Positions 25,522 to 37,378 of a stretch of 64,000 nucleotides of DNA are shown piece after piece; position 1 is the stretch's first letter, and the number at the start of each line of letters is the position of its first letter. This DNA is from Rhynchopus sp. YZ270_cl-10 (taxonomy: Eukaryota). Position numbers and translations under genes: made by a program. Under the pieces are notes generated by a model, which made no database searches, was not told the origin of the DNA, and saw nothing but the letters and a program-made list of their open reading frames with translations. The stretch spans positions 868,001 to 932,000 of the forward strand of contig OZ037840.1 of assembly GCA_964035575.1 (NCBI GenBank), read 5' to 3'.

Positions 25522-26576
25522 CTGTACTGTACTGTACTGTACTGTACTGTACTGTACTGTACTGTACTGTACTGTACTGTACTGTACTGTACTGTACTGT
25601 ACTGTACTGTACTGTACTGTACTGTACTGTACTGTACTGTACTGTACTGTACTGTACTGTACTGTACTGTACTGTACTGTACTGTACTGTACTGTACTGT
25701 ACTGTACTGTACTGTACTGTACTGTACTGTACTGTACTGTACTGTACTGTACTGTACTGTACTGTACTGTACTGTACTGTACTGTACTGTACTGTACTGT
25801 ACTGTACTGTACTGTACTGTACTGTACTGTACTGTACTGTACTGTACTGTACTGTACTGTACTGTACTGTACTGTACTGTACTGTACTGTACTGTACTGT
25901 ACTGTACTGTACTGTACTGTACTGTACTGTACTGTACTGTACTGTACTGTACTGTACTGTACTGTACTGTACTGTACTGTACTGTACTGTACTGTACTGT
26001 ACTGTACTGTACTGTACTGTACTGTACTGTACTGTACTGTACTGTACTGTACTGTACTGTACTGTACTGTACTGTACTGTACTGTACTGTACTGTACTGT
26101 ACTGTACTGTACTGTACTGTACTGTACTGTACTGTACTGTACTGTACTGTACTGTACTGTACTGTACTGTACTGTACTGTACTGTACTGTACTGTACTGT
26201 GTATACTGTATTGTGTATACTGTATTGTGTATACTGTATTGTGTATACTGTATTGTGTATACTGTATTGTGTATACTGTGTATACTGTGTATACTGTGTA
26301 TACTGTGTATACTGTGTATACTGTGTATACTGTGTATACTGTGTATACTGTGTATACTGTGTATACTGTGTATACTGTGTATACTGTGTATACTGTGTAT
26401 ACTGTGTATACTGTGTATACTGTGTATACTGTGTATACTGTGTATACTGTGTATACTGTGTATACTGTGTATACTGTGTATACTGTGTATACTGTGTATA
26501 CTGTGTATACTGTGTATACTGTGTATACTGTGTATACTGTGTATACTGTGGATACTGTGGATACTGTGGATACTGC
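25522..26576. repeat. Compound microsatellite: (CTGTA)n to ~26200, then GTGTATACTGTATT 14-mers, then (GTGTATACT)n
   Basis: Directly visible. Confidence 0.98.
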
Positions 26577-27552
26577 GGAATTGACCAACAACGAGAACGT
26601 GTCCATTTCGGCAAATTGACCCCATCACTGGCCGGACGGATTCCGGAAATGCAAATGCCGGCGTTTAAAAGATTCACCAACGAAAACAATTTTTTTTTCA
26701 ACACATGAATGCCCCCCTAACCGGCATGACAACTGGTAGAAACACGGGGAATCGGTTATGCAGCCACGCCAAAAAAAGTGCAATATTAAGAGAAATGTTA
26801 TCAAAGTCTTGTTGGCCGACCTTCAGCATTATTGGGCACTAAATTTAAGATAAGAGAGCAGGAGAAACATGCACTTACGTACACTTACGCACACGTACAC
26901 ACACTTACGCAGAACTGAGCAGAACTGACCAAAACTGAGCACAATCACGCCACAATTACACCACAATTACACCACAATTACAGCGGCCCAAAACGGTACA
27001 GCAAAATAATTGAAGTGTTTTGCAAAAAAAGCAAAGAGAAAAAAAAAATAAAGGGAGGATGGTGTGATTCAGGGGGTATGGACAACCCACAGGAGAACCA
27101 CGGAGAACTGTTTCGGGCTATATTAAGATTTGCGGAGCACCTTCGGGGGGGAACCACGGAGAATCCGATTGGGTGATCACACCAGAGGAAAGAGTCTGAA
27201 AGAAACCGGCATTGTTTTTTTGGCCTAAAATAAAACAGTGCAATACAGCAACAATGAATGTGATCTAATAAATTGTGACAAACACTCCTGAATTTATTTT
27301 TCTCTCCCTCGCACTCCGAATTGCAGTTGTATTTTGGTTTTCGGCGGTGAAATCGGTGTAGTTGTCTCTTTGCGGTTATTGCACTTCACCACTGTTCCTT
27401 TTTTTGTGGTTCACCAGTCTCAAGTAAACTTCTGTTGCAACTAGGCAACAAAATCGATTCGCTATTAACCTTTTGCCACTCCACATCCTGTTGCACAAGC
27501 CTCCCCACCACCCCACCTCTCTTCCCTTACAGATGCACAGTGGTTGCCAGAT

Positions 27553-29712
27553 ATGTACCAGAGTATGCTGCGCTGTTTGGAGCCAGCACTGACGCTTGAT
27601 GGGCAGACGTCTGCGAACGAGCGGAAGAAGCGGACGCTGTTTTTTCTGTTCTTCCTTGTGACAGGGCTTTTCACATCAGCGTTCTTAGTGATCAGTTTGG
27701 ATTACCGTGCCGCCATTTCGTTGGCGGCGACAATCAATTTATTGCTGATCTGTACAGCATGTGTGTGCAGTGTGCTGCTCAAGATCAAGATCCACGACTG
27801 CACTGCTGCCTTCGCCATTTTTGGTGTCTCCCTCACCATCTTCTGCTGGGACCTCAACTCTCGGGCACGTCTCGACAATGCGTGGCCATTGCTTGTCCTG
27901 TGTGTGGATATGCTGTTGGTCATGGAGCTGCCTGCACGCTACAGTGTTGGTCTTGTGGTGTTCACGTGTGTGTGGCTGCTGGTGTTGGCAGCCGAGGAAA
28001 GCCTCAGGTTTGGCCTGTTTGACCTTCCCGGGCTTACACCACAGGAGGGTGCCAGAGGACGCAAGGAACTCATTAGAGAAATATCTGACTGCACATCGCC
28101 GCCGTGCCCCGTGCCATTCCCACCTCCTGTACTGCTCACGTCTCTTGCCGTGTTCGTCATAGACTTCCTCGCAACACGAAGCTTCGCCTCGCAGGTGTTG
28201 AAGGAGCAGGCAGCAATGGAGAGGACGATCAGTGTGGTGCAGGAGATTGCGAGTCTGCTCGCCAAGTACGACGTGGAGGGTGTGGCGGAGATGCTGAAGG
28301 TGCAAAGGGACGAGCTCCCAGAGGAGATGCACGCAACACTGCAGAGGATGGAGGAGAACCTGCGGAAGTACCGTCCCTACCTCCCCGCAGCGCTGTTTGA
28401 GGAGGAGGGTGGTGCGCCAAGCGCATCTGTGCCACCACCTGTGCTTGAGAACGACGTGGGAACGATTGTCTTTACAGACATCCGTTCGTCGACGTCGATC
28501 TGGGAGTGTGCGCCAGAAGGGATGTGTGCTGCGTTGAAGATCCACAACGCTGTGCTGCGTGAGGTGATGCAGGTGTTTGGTGGGTACGAAGTGAAGACAA
28601 TCGGCGACGCCTTCATGGTTGCCTTCGCATCAACAACTGACGGTGTGAACTTTGGCCTGAAGGTGCAAGAACGTCTTCGTGAAGCAAACTGGCCTGCGTC
28701 GCTGCTTGAGGAGGCACCGATCTGTGCTGAACAGGGCTCGCTTTGGGGTGGACTGACTGTGCGCATTGGTGTGAACAGTGGTCCTGTGACTGTGGAGCAG
28801 AACACACTGACGGGACGGACAGACTACTTTGGACACACGGTGAACGTTGCGTCACGTCTTGAGAGCACATGCACGCCAGGAGCTGTGGCTGTACTTTGTG
28901 ACCTGTGGACTTCTGTCTGTGGGTTGTGCAGTGCTGTTGCTGGTGAGGCTGAAGCACTTGACTTGAAGGGTGTGTCACAGCCAATGCGTGTGCGTTGCTT
29001 GTGGCCTGCTTCACTTGCGGGGCGAGCACACAACCCTCTTGCTGATGTGGACATGTCTGCACACTCACTGACTGCGTCTATCAGGGGATACGGGATGTCA
29101 ATTAACAATACCCTGATATCAACACTACCGAGCTCAGCTGGGTCAGAGTGCGCATCTCCCATGCTGCGCGCACAGCTGGGTCGACAGGTGACCGGCACTG
29201 TCGGTGTTGTGGACATTGAAGTGGGTGACGAATCTGCCCTGAAAGCACTGCACACAATGAACGCAGGACTTGCAACACTCACGATTACACTGGACCAGAG
29301 CGGTGGGAGCCTGGTGACACTGCTTGGGAGCTGTGTGTGCGTTGGGTGGAACGTGACCCGTTCGGCACCTGCACACATGGAGAACGCAGTGCGGTTTGCA
29401 CAACGGATGATGGCGAAGACTGCGTACTTCAAGGGTGCTGGTGTTGTGAGTGGTCCTGTGCAGCACGGGGACATTGGCAGCCACAAACAACGCTTTGTGA
29501 CAGTGTTGGGGCACATTGTGCCTGGACGCTGTGTGAAGAAGCTGTGCGTGAGGGGGGCACATGCCTTTACGAACCCGACAGCACAACACTGCCGTCTGCA
29601 CTTGAAGACACTCTTGTGCAACACAAGGGTGGTGGCTACAGAGTGGTTCAGGAGAGCAGGGACAGAGTGGAGTGCATTTGATGACAGTTGCAATATATCA
29701 GTTTGGTTTTGA
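27553..29712 (+). CDS. Multi-TM class III adenylate cyclase, copy 1; 7-bp deletion near 29521 frameshifts the C-terminus
   Basis: IVFTDIRSST, YEVKTIGDAFM, VRIG and DYFGHTVNVASRLE motifs; lacks GACGGAG present in copies 2-4. Confidence 0.9.
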   Translation: MYQSMLRCLEPALTLDGQTSANERKKRTLFFLFFLVTGLFTSAFLVISLDYRAAISLAATINLLLICTACVCSVLLKIKIHDCTAAFAIFGVSLTIFCWDLNSRARLDNAWPLLVLCVDMLLVMELPARYSVGLVVFTCVWLLVLAAEESLRFGLFDLPGLTPQEGARGRKELIREISDCTSPPCPVPFPPPVLLTSLAVFVIDFLATRSFASQVLKEQAAMERTISVVQEIASLLAKYDVEGVAEMLKVQRDELPEEMHATLQRMEENLRKYRPYLPAALFEEEGGAPSASVPPPVLENDVGTIVFTDIRSSTSIWECAPEGMCAALKIHNAVLREVMQVFGGYEVKTIGDAFMVAFASTTDGVNFGLKVQERLREANWPASLLEEAPICAEQGSLWGGLTVRIGVNSGPVTVEQNTLTGRTDYFGHTVNVASRLESTCTPGAVAVLCDLWTSVCGLCSAVAGEAEALDLKGVSQPMRVRCLWPASLAGRAHNPLADVDMSAHSLTASIRGYGMSINNTLISTLPSSAGSECASPMLRAQLGRQVTGTVGVVDIEVGDESALKALHTMNAGLATLTITLDQSGGSLVTLLGSCVCVGWNVTRSAPAHMENAVRFAQRMMAKTAYFKGAGVVSGPVQHGDIGSHKQRFVTVLGHIVPGRCVKKLCVRGAHAFTNPTAQHCRLHLKTLLCNTRVVATEWFRRAGTEWSAFDDSCNISVWF

Positions 29713-30087
29713 TTTTGTTATTTGTCCTCTTTATTACACAGTGCAATATTGAGTGAAGCTCAAAGCATGCACATAAAATGTTTTATTGGTTTTATTTCAG
29801 ATAATATTGTCCCTCGTAACAAATCCTGTGGGCGAAATTTGAAAAATTCGATCCATGTTTCCAGCGATTTCAACGTAGTTTTGTGTGAGCCGGGAAAAAT
29901 TGTGACACTTTTGCTGGAAATATAGAATCCTTAAGGAATCCCGTGTCAACTGGGATTTGGAAGAATTTTTTTCGTGAAATTTTCGACCCGGAGTTGGGTC
30001 TTTGGCACCAAAAAATGCAAAAAAAGCAAAAATCGGGTGTTTTGACTATCTGGGGTTACACCAAATGCACTTCTGTGAACAAGCTTA

Positions 30088-31802
30088 GGGTAGTGTAACT
30101 TTTTCAGCCTGTTACCGTTACCGCCCGCCGGATTTTTTGAAAACCAAAAAAAAAAAGTTATGTAGAAAGTACCTAGGGAAAAAAGTTATGAAGAGGTTCT
30201 ATAGGAAAGAGGTGGGTGGGGCTGTACAGGGCCCATACCTAGAGCACCTCACGATCACTTGGTGAGTAAGCAAATTTTTCTCGAGAGAAAAGTCGTTTTC
30301 CTTCTCGAGTGTTTTCTTGTACACTGTACACTGTACACTGTACACTGTACACTGTACACTGTACACTGTACACTGTACACTGTACACTGTACACTGTACA
30401 CTGTACACTGTACACTGTACACTGTACACTGTACACTGTACACTGTACACTGTACACTGTACACTGTACACTGTACACTGTACACTGTACACTGTACACT
30501 GTACACTGTACACTGTACACTGTACACTGTACACTGTACACTGTGCACTGTACACTGTACACTGTACACTGTACACTGTACACTGTACACTGTACACTGT
30601 ACACTGTACACTGTACACTGTACACTGTACACTGTACACTGTACACTGTACACTGTACACTGTACACTGTACACTGTACACTGTACACTGTACACTGTAC
30701 ACTGTACACTGTACACTGTACACTGTACACTGTACACTGTACACTGTACACTGTACACTGTACACTGTACACTGTACACTGTACACTGTACACTGTACAC
30801 TGTACACTGTACACTGTACACTGTACACTGTACACTGTACACTGTACACTGTACACTGTACACTGTACACTGTACACTGTACACTGTACACTGTACACTG
30901 TACACTGTGCACTGTACACTGTACACTGTACACTGTACACTGTACACTGTACACTGTACACTGTACACTGTACACTGTACACTGTACACTGTACACTGTA
31001 CACTGTACACTGTACACTGTACACTGTACACTGTACACTGTACACTGTACACTGTACACTGTACACTGTACACTGTACACTGTACACTGTACACTGTACA
31101 CTGTACACTGTACACTGTACACTGTACACTGTACACTGTACACTGTACACTGTACACTGTACACTGTACACTGTACACTGTACACTGTACACTGTACACT
31201 GTACACTGTACACTGTACACTGTACACTGTACACTGTACACTGTACACTGTACACTGTACACTGTACACTGTACACTGTACACTGTACACTGTACACTGT
31301 ACACTGTACACTGTACACTGTACACTGTACACTGTACACTGTACACTGTACACTGTACACTGTACACTGTACACTGTACACTGTACACTGTACACTGTAC
31401 ACTGTACACTGTACACTGTACACTGTACACTGTACACTGTACACTGTACACTGTACACTGTACACTGTACACTGTACACACTGTAGTACCTATAACTTTC
31501 TGGTACCCAGTCATTCTGGGAACCAGACACCCGGCGTCCAGGAACCTGGGTACCCAGGCAACATGATAATGAGAAGACACAAAATGCTACACGCAACAGA
31601 AAACAAGCTACACGTCACGAAAATAAGGATTTGACTGTGAAGAAAACTCTGGAAAAATGTAAGAAAATATCTTCATAACTTTTTTCCCCCTGGTAAAACT
31701 TTTTTTTCTTTTTTTTTTTTTTCATAACTTTTTTTCTCCGCTGCCTGCCGGGTTTTTCGAACACCAAAATAACGGTAACAGACCGAAAAAGTTACACTAC
31801 CC
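30088..31802. mobile_element. PIF/Harbinger-like MITE carrying a satellite
   Basis: TTA|GGGTAGTGTAACTTTTTC...GAAAAAGTTACACTACCC|TTA (3-bp TWA TSD, GGG ends). Confidence 0.8.
30318..31479. repeat. (TGTACAC)n satellite, ~166 units
   Basis: Directly visible; two TGTGCAC variants. Confidence 0.98.
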
Positions 31803-32493
31803 TTACAAAAATAGTGATTAGACAACTCGATTTTTGTCGCCTCATGAACTGAAGGAGGAAATAGAGAGAAATCATTTTGAACACACTTTGCGGTTCTGGG
31901 GAGGAACCGCGCTGCAAAGACACTCCTCACCAAACAGGTGGAGGTGTGTGCGTTTCACCACAACCTCTCCCATGGGTTTTCGAGAAAAATTAAAAATGTC
32001 AAATCATAAATACGGTCAAAAGTCGCCCAACAACATCACATCAACAATTACATCAGGACAAGGGTTCCACATCACAGGATTTGTCACTCGGGACAATATT
32101 ATCTGAAATCAAAATAAAATTTTCTGGAAATTTAGTACTATTTTCCCCTTCGGCACCCCAAAGCTGCTTCGGGATACCTCAGGGGAAAATAGTTACTATA
32201 TTTACAGAAAAAATATACTATTCTTTATTACACAGCGCACACTATTTGAGTGAAGCTCAAAGCATGCACATAAAATGAATGGAATGTGATCCAAGACATA
32301 CTACAGTATCTCCCCTCCCCTCTTTTCCGAACACTCCTTGCTCTTTCTGCCTACACATGGCACACTTCCTCGTCTACCTGCTGCGTTGCACAGCACATTC
32401 GCTATTAACCTTTTGCCACTGCACATCCTGTTGCAGCAAGCCTCCCCACCACCCCACCTCTCTTCCCTTACAGATGCACAGTGGTTGCCAGAT

Positions 32494-34629
32494 ATGTACC
32501 AGAGTATGCTGCGCTGTTTGGAGCCAGCACTGACGCTTGATGGGCAGACGTCTGCGAACGAGCGGAAGAAGCGGACGCTGTTTTTTCTGTTCCACGTCAT
32601 GACGGGGCTTTTTACAGCACTGGACTTCCTGAGTAGCTTGGGAAAACGAAACGGCATTTCGCTCGCGGCGACAATCAATTTATTGCTTATCTCGGCAACT
32701 TGTGTGTGCAGTGTGCTGCTCAAGATCAAGATCCACGACTGCACTGCTGCCTTCGCCATTTTTGGCGTCTCCCTCACCATCTTCTGCTGGGACCTCAACT
32801 CTCGGGCACGTTTCGACAATGCGTGGCCATTGCTTGTCCTGTGTGTGGATATGCTGTTGGTCATGGAGCTGCCTGCACGCTACAGTGTTGGTCTTGTGGT
32901 GTTCACGTGTGTGTGGCTTCTGGTGTTGGCAGCGGAACAAAGCCTCAGGTTTGGCCTGTTTGACCTTCCCGGGCTTCTACCACAGGAGGGTGTCAATGGA
33001 CGCAAGGAGCTCGTCAGAAGAATAACTGACTGCACATCGCCGCCGTGCCCCGTGCCATTCCCACCTCCTATATTGTTCACTTCTCTTGCAGTGTTCGTCA
33101 TAGACTTCCTCGCAACACGAAGCTTCGCCTCGCAGGTGTTGAAGGAGCAGGCAGCAATGGAGAGAACGATCAGTGTGGTGCAGGAGATTGCGAGTCTGCT
33201 CGCCAAGTACGATGTGGAGGGTGTGGCGGAGATGCTGAAGGTGCAAAGGGACGAGCTCCCAGAGGAGATGCACGCAACACTGCAGAGGATGGAGGAGAAC
33301 CTGCGGAAGTACCGTCCCTACCTCCCCGCAGCGCTGTTTGAGGAGGAGGGTGGTGCGCCAAGCGCGTCTGTGCCGCCACCTGTGCTTGAGAACGATGTGG
33401 GAACGATTGTCTTTACAGACATCCGTTCGTCGACGTCGATCTGGGAGTGTGCGCCAGAAGGGATGTGTGCTGCGTTGAAGATCCACAACGCTGTGATGCG
33501 TGAGGTGATGCAGGTGTTTGGTGGGTACGAAGTGAAGACAATCGGCGACGCCTTCATGGTTGCCTTCGCATCAACAGCTGACGGTGTGAACTTTGGCCTG
33601 AAGGTGCAGGAGCGTCTTCGTGAAGCAAACTGGCCTGCGTCGCTGCTTGAGGAGGCACCGATCTGTGCTGAACAGGGACCACTTTGGGGTGGACTGACTG
33701 TGCGCATTGGTGTCAACAGTGGTCCTGTGACTGTGGAGCAGAACACACTGACGGGACGGACAGACTACTTCGGACACACTGTGAACGTTGCGTCACGTCT
33801 TGAGAGCACATGCACGCCAGGAGCTGTAGCAATACTTTCTGACCTGTGGACTTCTGTCTGTGGGTTGTGCACTGCTGTTGCTAGTGAGGCTGAAGCACTT
33901 GACTTGAAGGGTGTGTCACAGCCAATGCGTGTGCGTTGCTTGTGGCCTGCTTCACTTGCGGGGCGAGCACACAACCCTCTTGCTGATGTGGACATGTCTG
34001 CACACTCACTGACTGCGTCTATCAGGGGATACGGGATGTCAATTAACAATACCCTGATGTCAACACTACCGAGCTCAGCTGGGTCAGAGTGCGAATGTCC
34101 CATCCTTCGCGCACAGCTGGGTCGACAGGTGACCGGCACTGTCGGTGTTGTGGACATTGAAGTGGGTGACGAATCTGCCCTGAAAGCACTGCACACAATG
34201 AACGCAGGACTTGCAACACTCACGATTACACTGGACCAGAGCGGTGGGAGCCTGGTGACACTGCTTGGGAGCTGTGTGTGCGTTGGGTGGAACGTGACCC
34301 GTTCGGCACCTGCACACATGGAGAACGCAGTGCGGTTTGCACAACGGATGATGGCGAAGACTGCGTACTTCAAGGGTGCTGGTGTTGTGAGTGGTCCTGT
34401 GCAGCACGGGGACATTGGCAGCCACAAACAACGCTTTGTGACAGTGTTGGGGCACATTGTGCGACGGAGCTGGACGCTGTGTGAAGAAGCTGTGCGTGAG
34501 GGGGGCACATGCCTTTACGAACCCGACAGCACAACACTGCCGTCTGCACTTGAAGACACTCTTGTGCAACACAAGAGTGGTGGCTACAGAGTGGTTCAGG
34601 AGAGCAGGGACAGAGTGGAGTGCATTTGA
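32494..34629 (+). CDS. Multi-TM class III adenylate cyclase, copy 2
   Basis: Intact ORF with about 6 hydrophobic segments, catalytic domain, and degenerate second cyclase-like domain. Confidence 0.92.
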   Translation: MYQSMLRCLEPALTLDGQTSANERKKRTLFFLFHVMTGLFTALDFLSSLGKRNGISLAATINLLLISATCVCSVLLKIKIHDCTAAFAIFGVSLTIFCWDLNSRARFDNAWPLLVLCVDMLLVMELPARYSVGLVVFTCVWLLVLAAEQSLRFGLFDLPGLLPQEGVNGRKELVRRITDCTSPPCPVPFPPPILFTSLAVFVIDFLATRSFASQVLKEQAAMERTISVVQEIASLLAKYDVEGVAEMLKVQRDELPEEMHATLQRMEENLRKYRPYLPAALFEEEGGAPSASVPPPVLENDVGTIVFTDIRSSTSIWECAPEGMCAALKIHNAVMREVMQVFGGYEVKTIGDAFMVAFASTADGVNFGLKVQERLREANWPASLLEEAPICAEQGPLWGGLTVRIGVNSGPVTVEQNTLTGRTDYFGHTVNVASRLESTCTPGAVAILSDLWTSVCGLCTAVASEAEALDLKGVSQPMRVRCLWPASLAGRAHNPLADVDMSAHSLTASIRGYGMSINNTLMSTLPSSAGSECECPILRAQLGRQVTGTVGVVDIEVGDESALKALHTMNAGLATLTITLDQSGGSLVTLLGSCVCVGWNVTRSAPAHMENAVRFAQRMMAKTAYFKGAGVVSGPVQHGDIGSHKQRFVTVLGHIVRRSWTLCEEAVREGGTCLYEPDSTTLPSALEDTLVQHKSGGYRVVQESRDRVECI

Positions 34630-34944
34630 TGACAGTTGCAATATATCAGTTTGGTTTTGACTATGTTATTTGTCCTCTTTATTACACAGTGCACTATTGA
34701 GTGAAGCTCAAAGCATGCACATAAAATGAATGAAATGTGATCCAAGACATACTACAGTATCTCCCCTCCCCTCTTTTCCGAACACTCCTTGCTCTTTCTG
34801 CCTACACATGGCACACTTCCTCGTCTACCTGCTGCGTTGCACAGCACATTCGCTATTATCCTTTTGCCACTGCACATCCTGTTGCAGCAAGCCTCCCCAC
34901 CACCCCACCTCTCTTCCCTTACAGATGCACAGTGGTTGCCAGAT

Positions 34945-37074
34945 ATGTACCAGAGTATGCTGCGCTGTTTGGAGCCAGCACTGACGCTTGATGGGCAGAC
35001 GTCTGCGAACGAGCGGAAGAAGCGGACGCTGTTTTTTCTGTTCCACGTTATGGCATGGATTTTTACAGCACTGGACTTTCTAAGTAGCTTGGGCGAACGT
35101 TACGCTGCTTCGTCCGCAGCAACAGTCAATGTGTTGGTGATCTCAGCAGCATGTGTGTGCAGTGTGCTGCTCAAGATCAAGATCCACGACTGCACTGCTG
35201 CCTTCGCCATTTTTGGCGTCTCCCTCACCATCTTCTGCTGGGACCTCAACTCTCGGGCACGTCTCGAAAATGCGTGGCCATTGCTTGTCCTGTGTGTGGA
35301 TATGCTGTTGGTCATGGAGCTGCCTGCACGCTACAGTGTTGGTCTTGTGGTGTTCACGTGTGTGTGGCTTCTGGTGTTGGCAGCGGAACAAAGCCTTAGG
35401 TTTGGCCTGTTTGACCTTCCCGGGCTTCTACCACAGGAGGGTGTCAGTGGACGCAAACAGCGGATCAGAAGAATAACTGACTGCACATCGCCGCCGTGCC
35501 CCGTGCCATTCCCACCCCCTATATTTTTCACGTCTCTTGCAGTCTTCGTTATAGACTTCCTCGCAACACGAAGCTTCGCCTCGCAGGTGCTGAAGGAGCA
35601 GGCAGCAATGGAGAGAACGATCAGTGTGGTGCAGGAGATTGCGAGTCTGCTTGCCAAGTACGATGTGGAAGGTGTGGCGGAGATGCTGAAGGTGCAAAGG
35701 GACGAGCTCCCAGAGGAGATGCACGCAACACTGCAGAGGATGGAGGAGAACCTGCGGAAGTACCGTCCCTACCTCCCTGCAGCGCTGTTTGAGGAGGAGG
35801 GTGGTGCGCCAAGCGCGTCTGTGCCGCCACCTGTGCTTGAGAACGACGTGGGAACGATTGTCTTTACAGACATCCGTTCGTCGACGTCGATCTGGGAGTG
35901 TGCGCCAGAAGGGATGTGTGCTGCGCTGAAGATCCACAACGCTGTGCTGCGTGAGGTGATGCAGGTGTTTGGTGGGTACGAAGTGAAGACAATCGGCGAC
36001 GCCTTCATGGTTGCCTTCGCATCAACAGCTGACGGTGTGAACTTTGGCCTGAAGGTGCAGGAGCGTCTTCGTGAAGCAAACTGGCCTGCGTCGCTGCTTG
36101 AGGAGGCACCGATCTGTGCTGAACAGGGCTCACTTTGGGGTGGACTGACTGTGCGCATTGGTGTGAACAGTGGTCCTGTGACTGTGGAGCAGAACACACT
36201 GACGGGACGGACAGACTACTTTGGACACACGGTGAACGTTGCGTCACGTCTTGAGAGCACATGCACGCCAGGAGCTGTTGCTGTGCCCTCGGACCTGTGG
36301 ACTTCTGTCTGTGGGTTGTGCACTGCTGTTGCTGGTGAGGCTGAAGCACTTGACTTGAAGGGTGTGTCACAGCCAATGCGCGTGCGTTGCTTGTGGCCTG
36401 CTTCACTTGCGGGGCGAGCACACAACCCTCTTGCTGATGTGGACATGTCTGCACACTCAGTGGCCATGTCTGTCGGGGGATGCGGGATGTCAGTGAAGTC
36501 ACTGGGGTCATCACCACAGGGCTCATTGGGGTCAGAAAATTCTGCCATATTTCGACCACAACTGGGTCGTCAGGTGATCGGCACTGTCGGTGTTGTGGAC
36601 ATTGAAGTGGGTGACGAATCTGCCCTGAAAGCACTGCACACAATGAACGCAGGACTTGCAACACTCACGATTACCCTGGACCAGAGCGGTGGGAGCCTGG
36701 TGACGCTGCTTGGGAGCTGTGTGTGCGTTGGGTGGAACGTGACCCGTTCGGCACCTGCACACATGGAGAACGCAGTGCGGTTTGCACAACGGATGATGGC
36801 GAAGACTGCGTACTTCAAGGGTGCTGGTGTTGTGAGTGGTCCTGTGCAGCACGGGGACATTGGCAGCCACAAACAACGCTTTGTGACAGTGTTGGGGCAC
36901 ATTGTGCGACGGAGCTGGACGCTGTGTGAAGAAGCTGTGCGTGAGGGGGGCACATGCCTTTACGAACCCGACAGCACAACACTGCCGTCTGCACTTGAAG
37001 ACACTCTTGTGCAACACAAGAGTGGTGGCTACAGAGTGGTTCAGGAGAGCAGGGACAGAGTGGAGTGCATTTGA
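34945..37074 (+). CDS. Multi-TM class III adenylate cyclase, copy 3
   Basis: Same motifs as copy 2. Confidence 0.92.
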   Translation: MYQSMLRCLEPALTLDGQTSANERKKRTLFFLFHVMAWIFTALDFLSSLGERYAASSAATVNVLVISAACVCSVLLKIKIHDCTAAFAIFGVSLTIFCWDLNSRARLENAWPLLVLCVDMLLVMELPARYSVGLVVFTCVWLLVLAAEQSLRFGLFDLPGLLPQEGVSGRKQRIRRITDCTSPPCPVPFPPPIFFTSLAVFVIDFLATRSFASQVLKEQAAMERTISVVQEIASLLAKYDVEGVAEMLKVQRDELPEEMHATLQRMEENLRKYRPYLPAALFEEEGGAPSASVPPPVLENDVGTIVFTDIRSSTSIWECAPEGMCAALKIHNAVLREVMQVFGGYEVKTIGDAFMVAFASTADGVNFGLKVQERLREANWPASLLEEAPICAEQGSLWGGLTVRIGVNSGPVTVEQNTLTGRTDYFGHTVNVASRLESTCTPGAVAVPSDLWTSVCGLCTAVAGEAEALDLKGVSQPMRVRCLWPASLAGRAHNPLADVDMSAHSVAMSVGGCGMSVKSLGSSPQGSLGSENSAIFRPQLGRQVIGTVGVVDIEVGDESALKALHTMNAGLATLTITLDQSGGSLVTLLGSCVCVGWNVTRSAPAHMENAVRFAQRMMAKTAYFKGAGVVSGPVQHGDIGSHKQRFVTVLGHIVRRSWTLCEEAVREGGTCLYEPDSTTLPSALEDTLVQHKSGGYRVVQESRDRVECI

Positions 37075-37378
37075 TGGACAGTTGCAATATGAGTTTGGTT
37101 TTGATTTTGTTATTTGTCCTCTTTATTACACAGTGCAATATTGAGTGAAGCTCAAAGCATGCACATAAAATGAATGAAATGAGATACCGCACGTTCATTT
37201 TTTTGCCTCTTTTCCGAACAGTCTTTGCTCTTTGTGCCTACACATGGCACACTTCCTCGCCTACCTGCTGTTGCACAGCACATTCGCTATTAACCTTTTG
37301 CCACTGCACATCCTGTTGCAGCAAGCCTCCCCACCACCCCACCTCTCTTCCCTTACAGATGCACAGTGGTTGCCAGAT

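Larger units (their letters stand above)
29781..32221. mobile_element. Insertion in the cyclase array: subterminal IRs plus 3' hairpin element, carrying a nested Harbinger-like MITE
   Basis: TTTCAGATAATATTGTCCC / GGGACAATATTATCTGAAA IRs (~29795, ~32108); hairpin ~32120-32212; flanked by a duplicated ~55-bp host spacer segment. Confidence 0.65.

Noticed and set aside
25426..31634. 350-465 aa ORFs in all frames over the CTGTA and TGTACAC arrays
   Set aside because: Simple repeats without stops; not proteins
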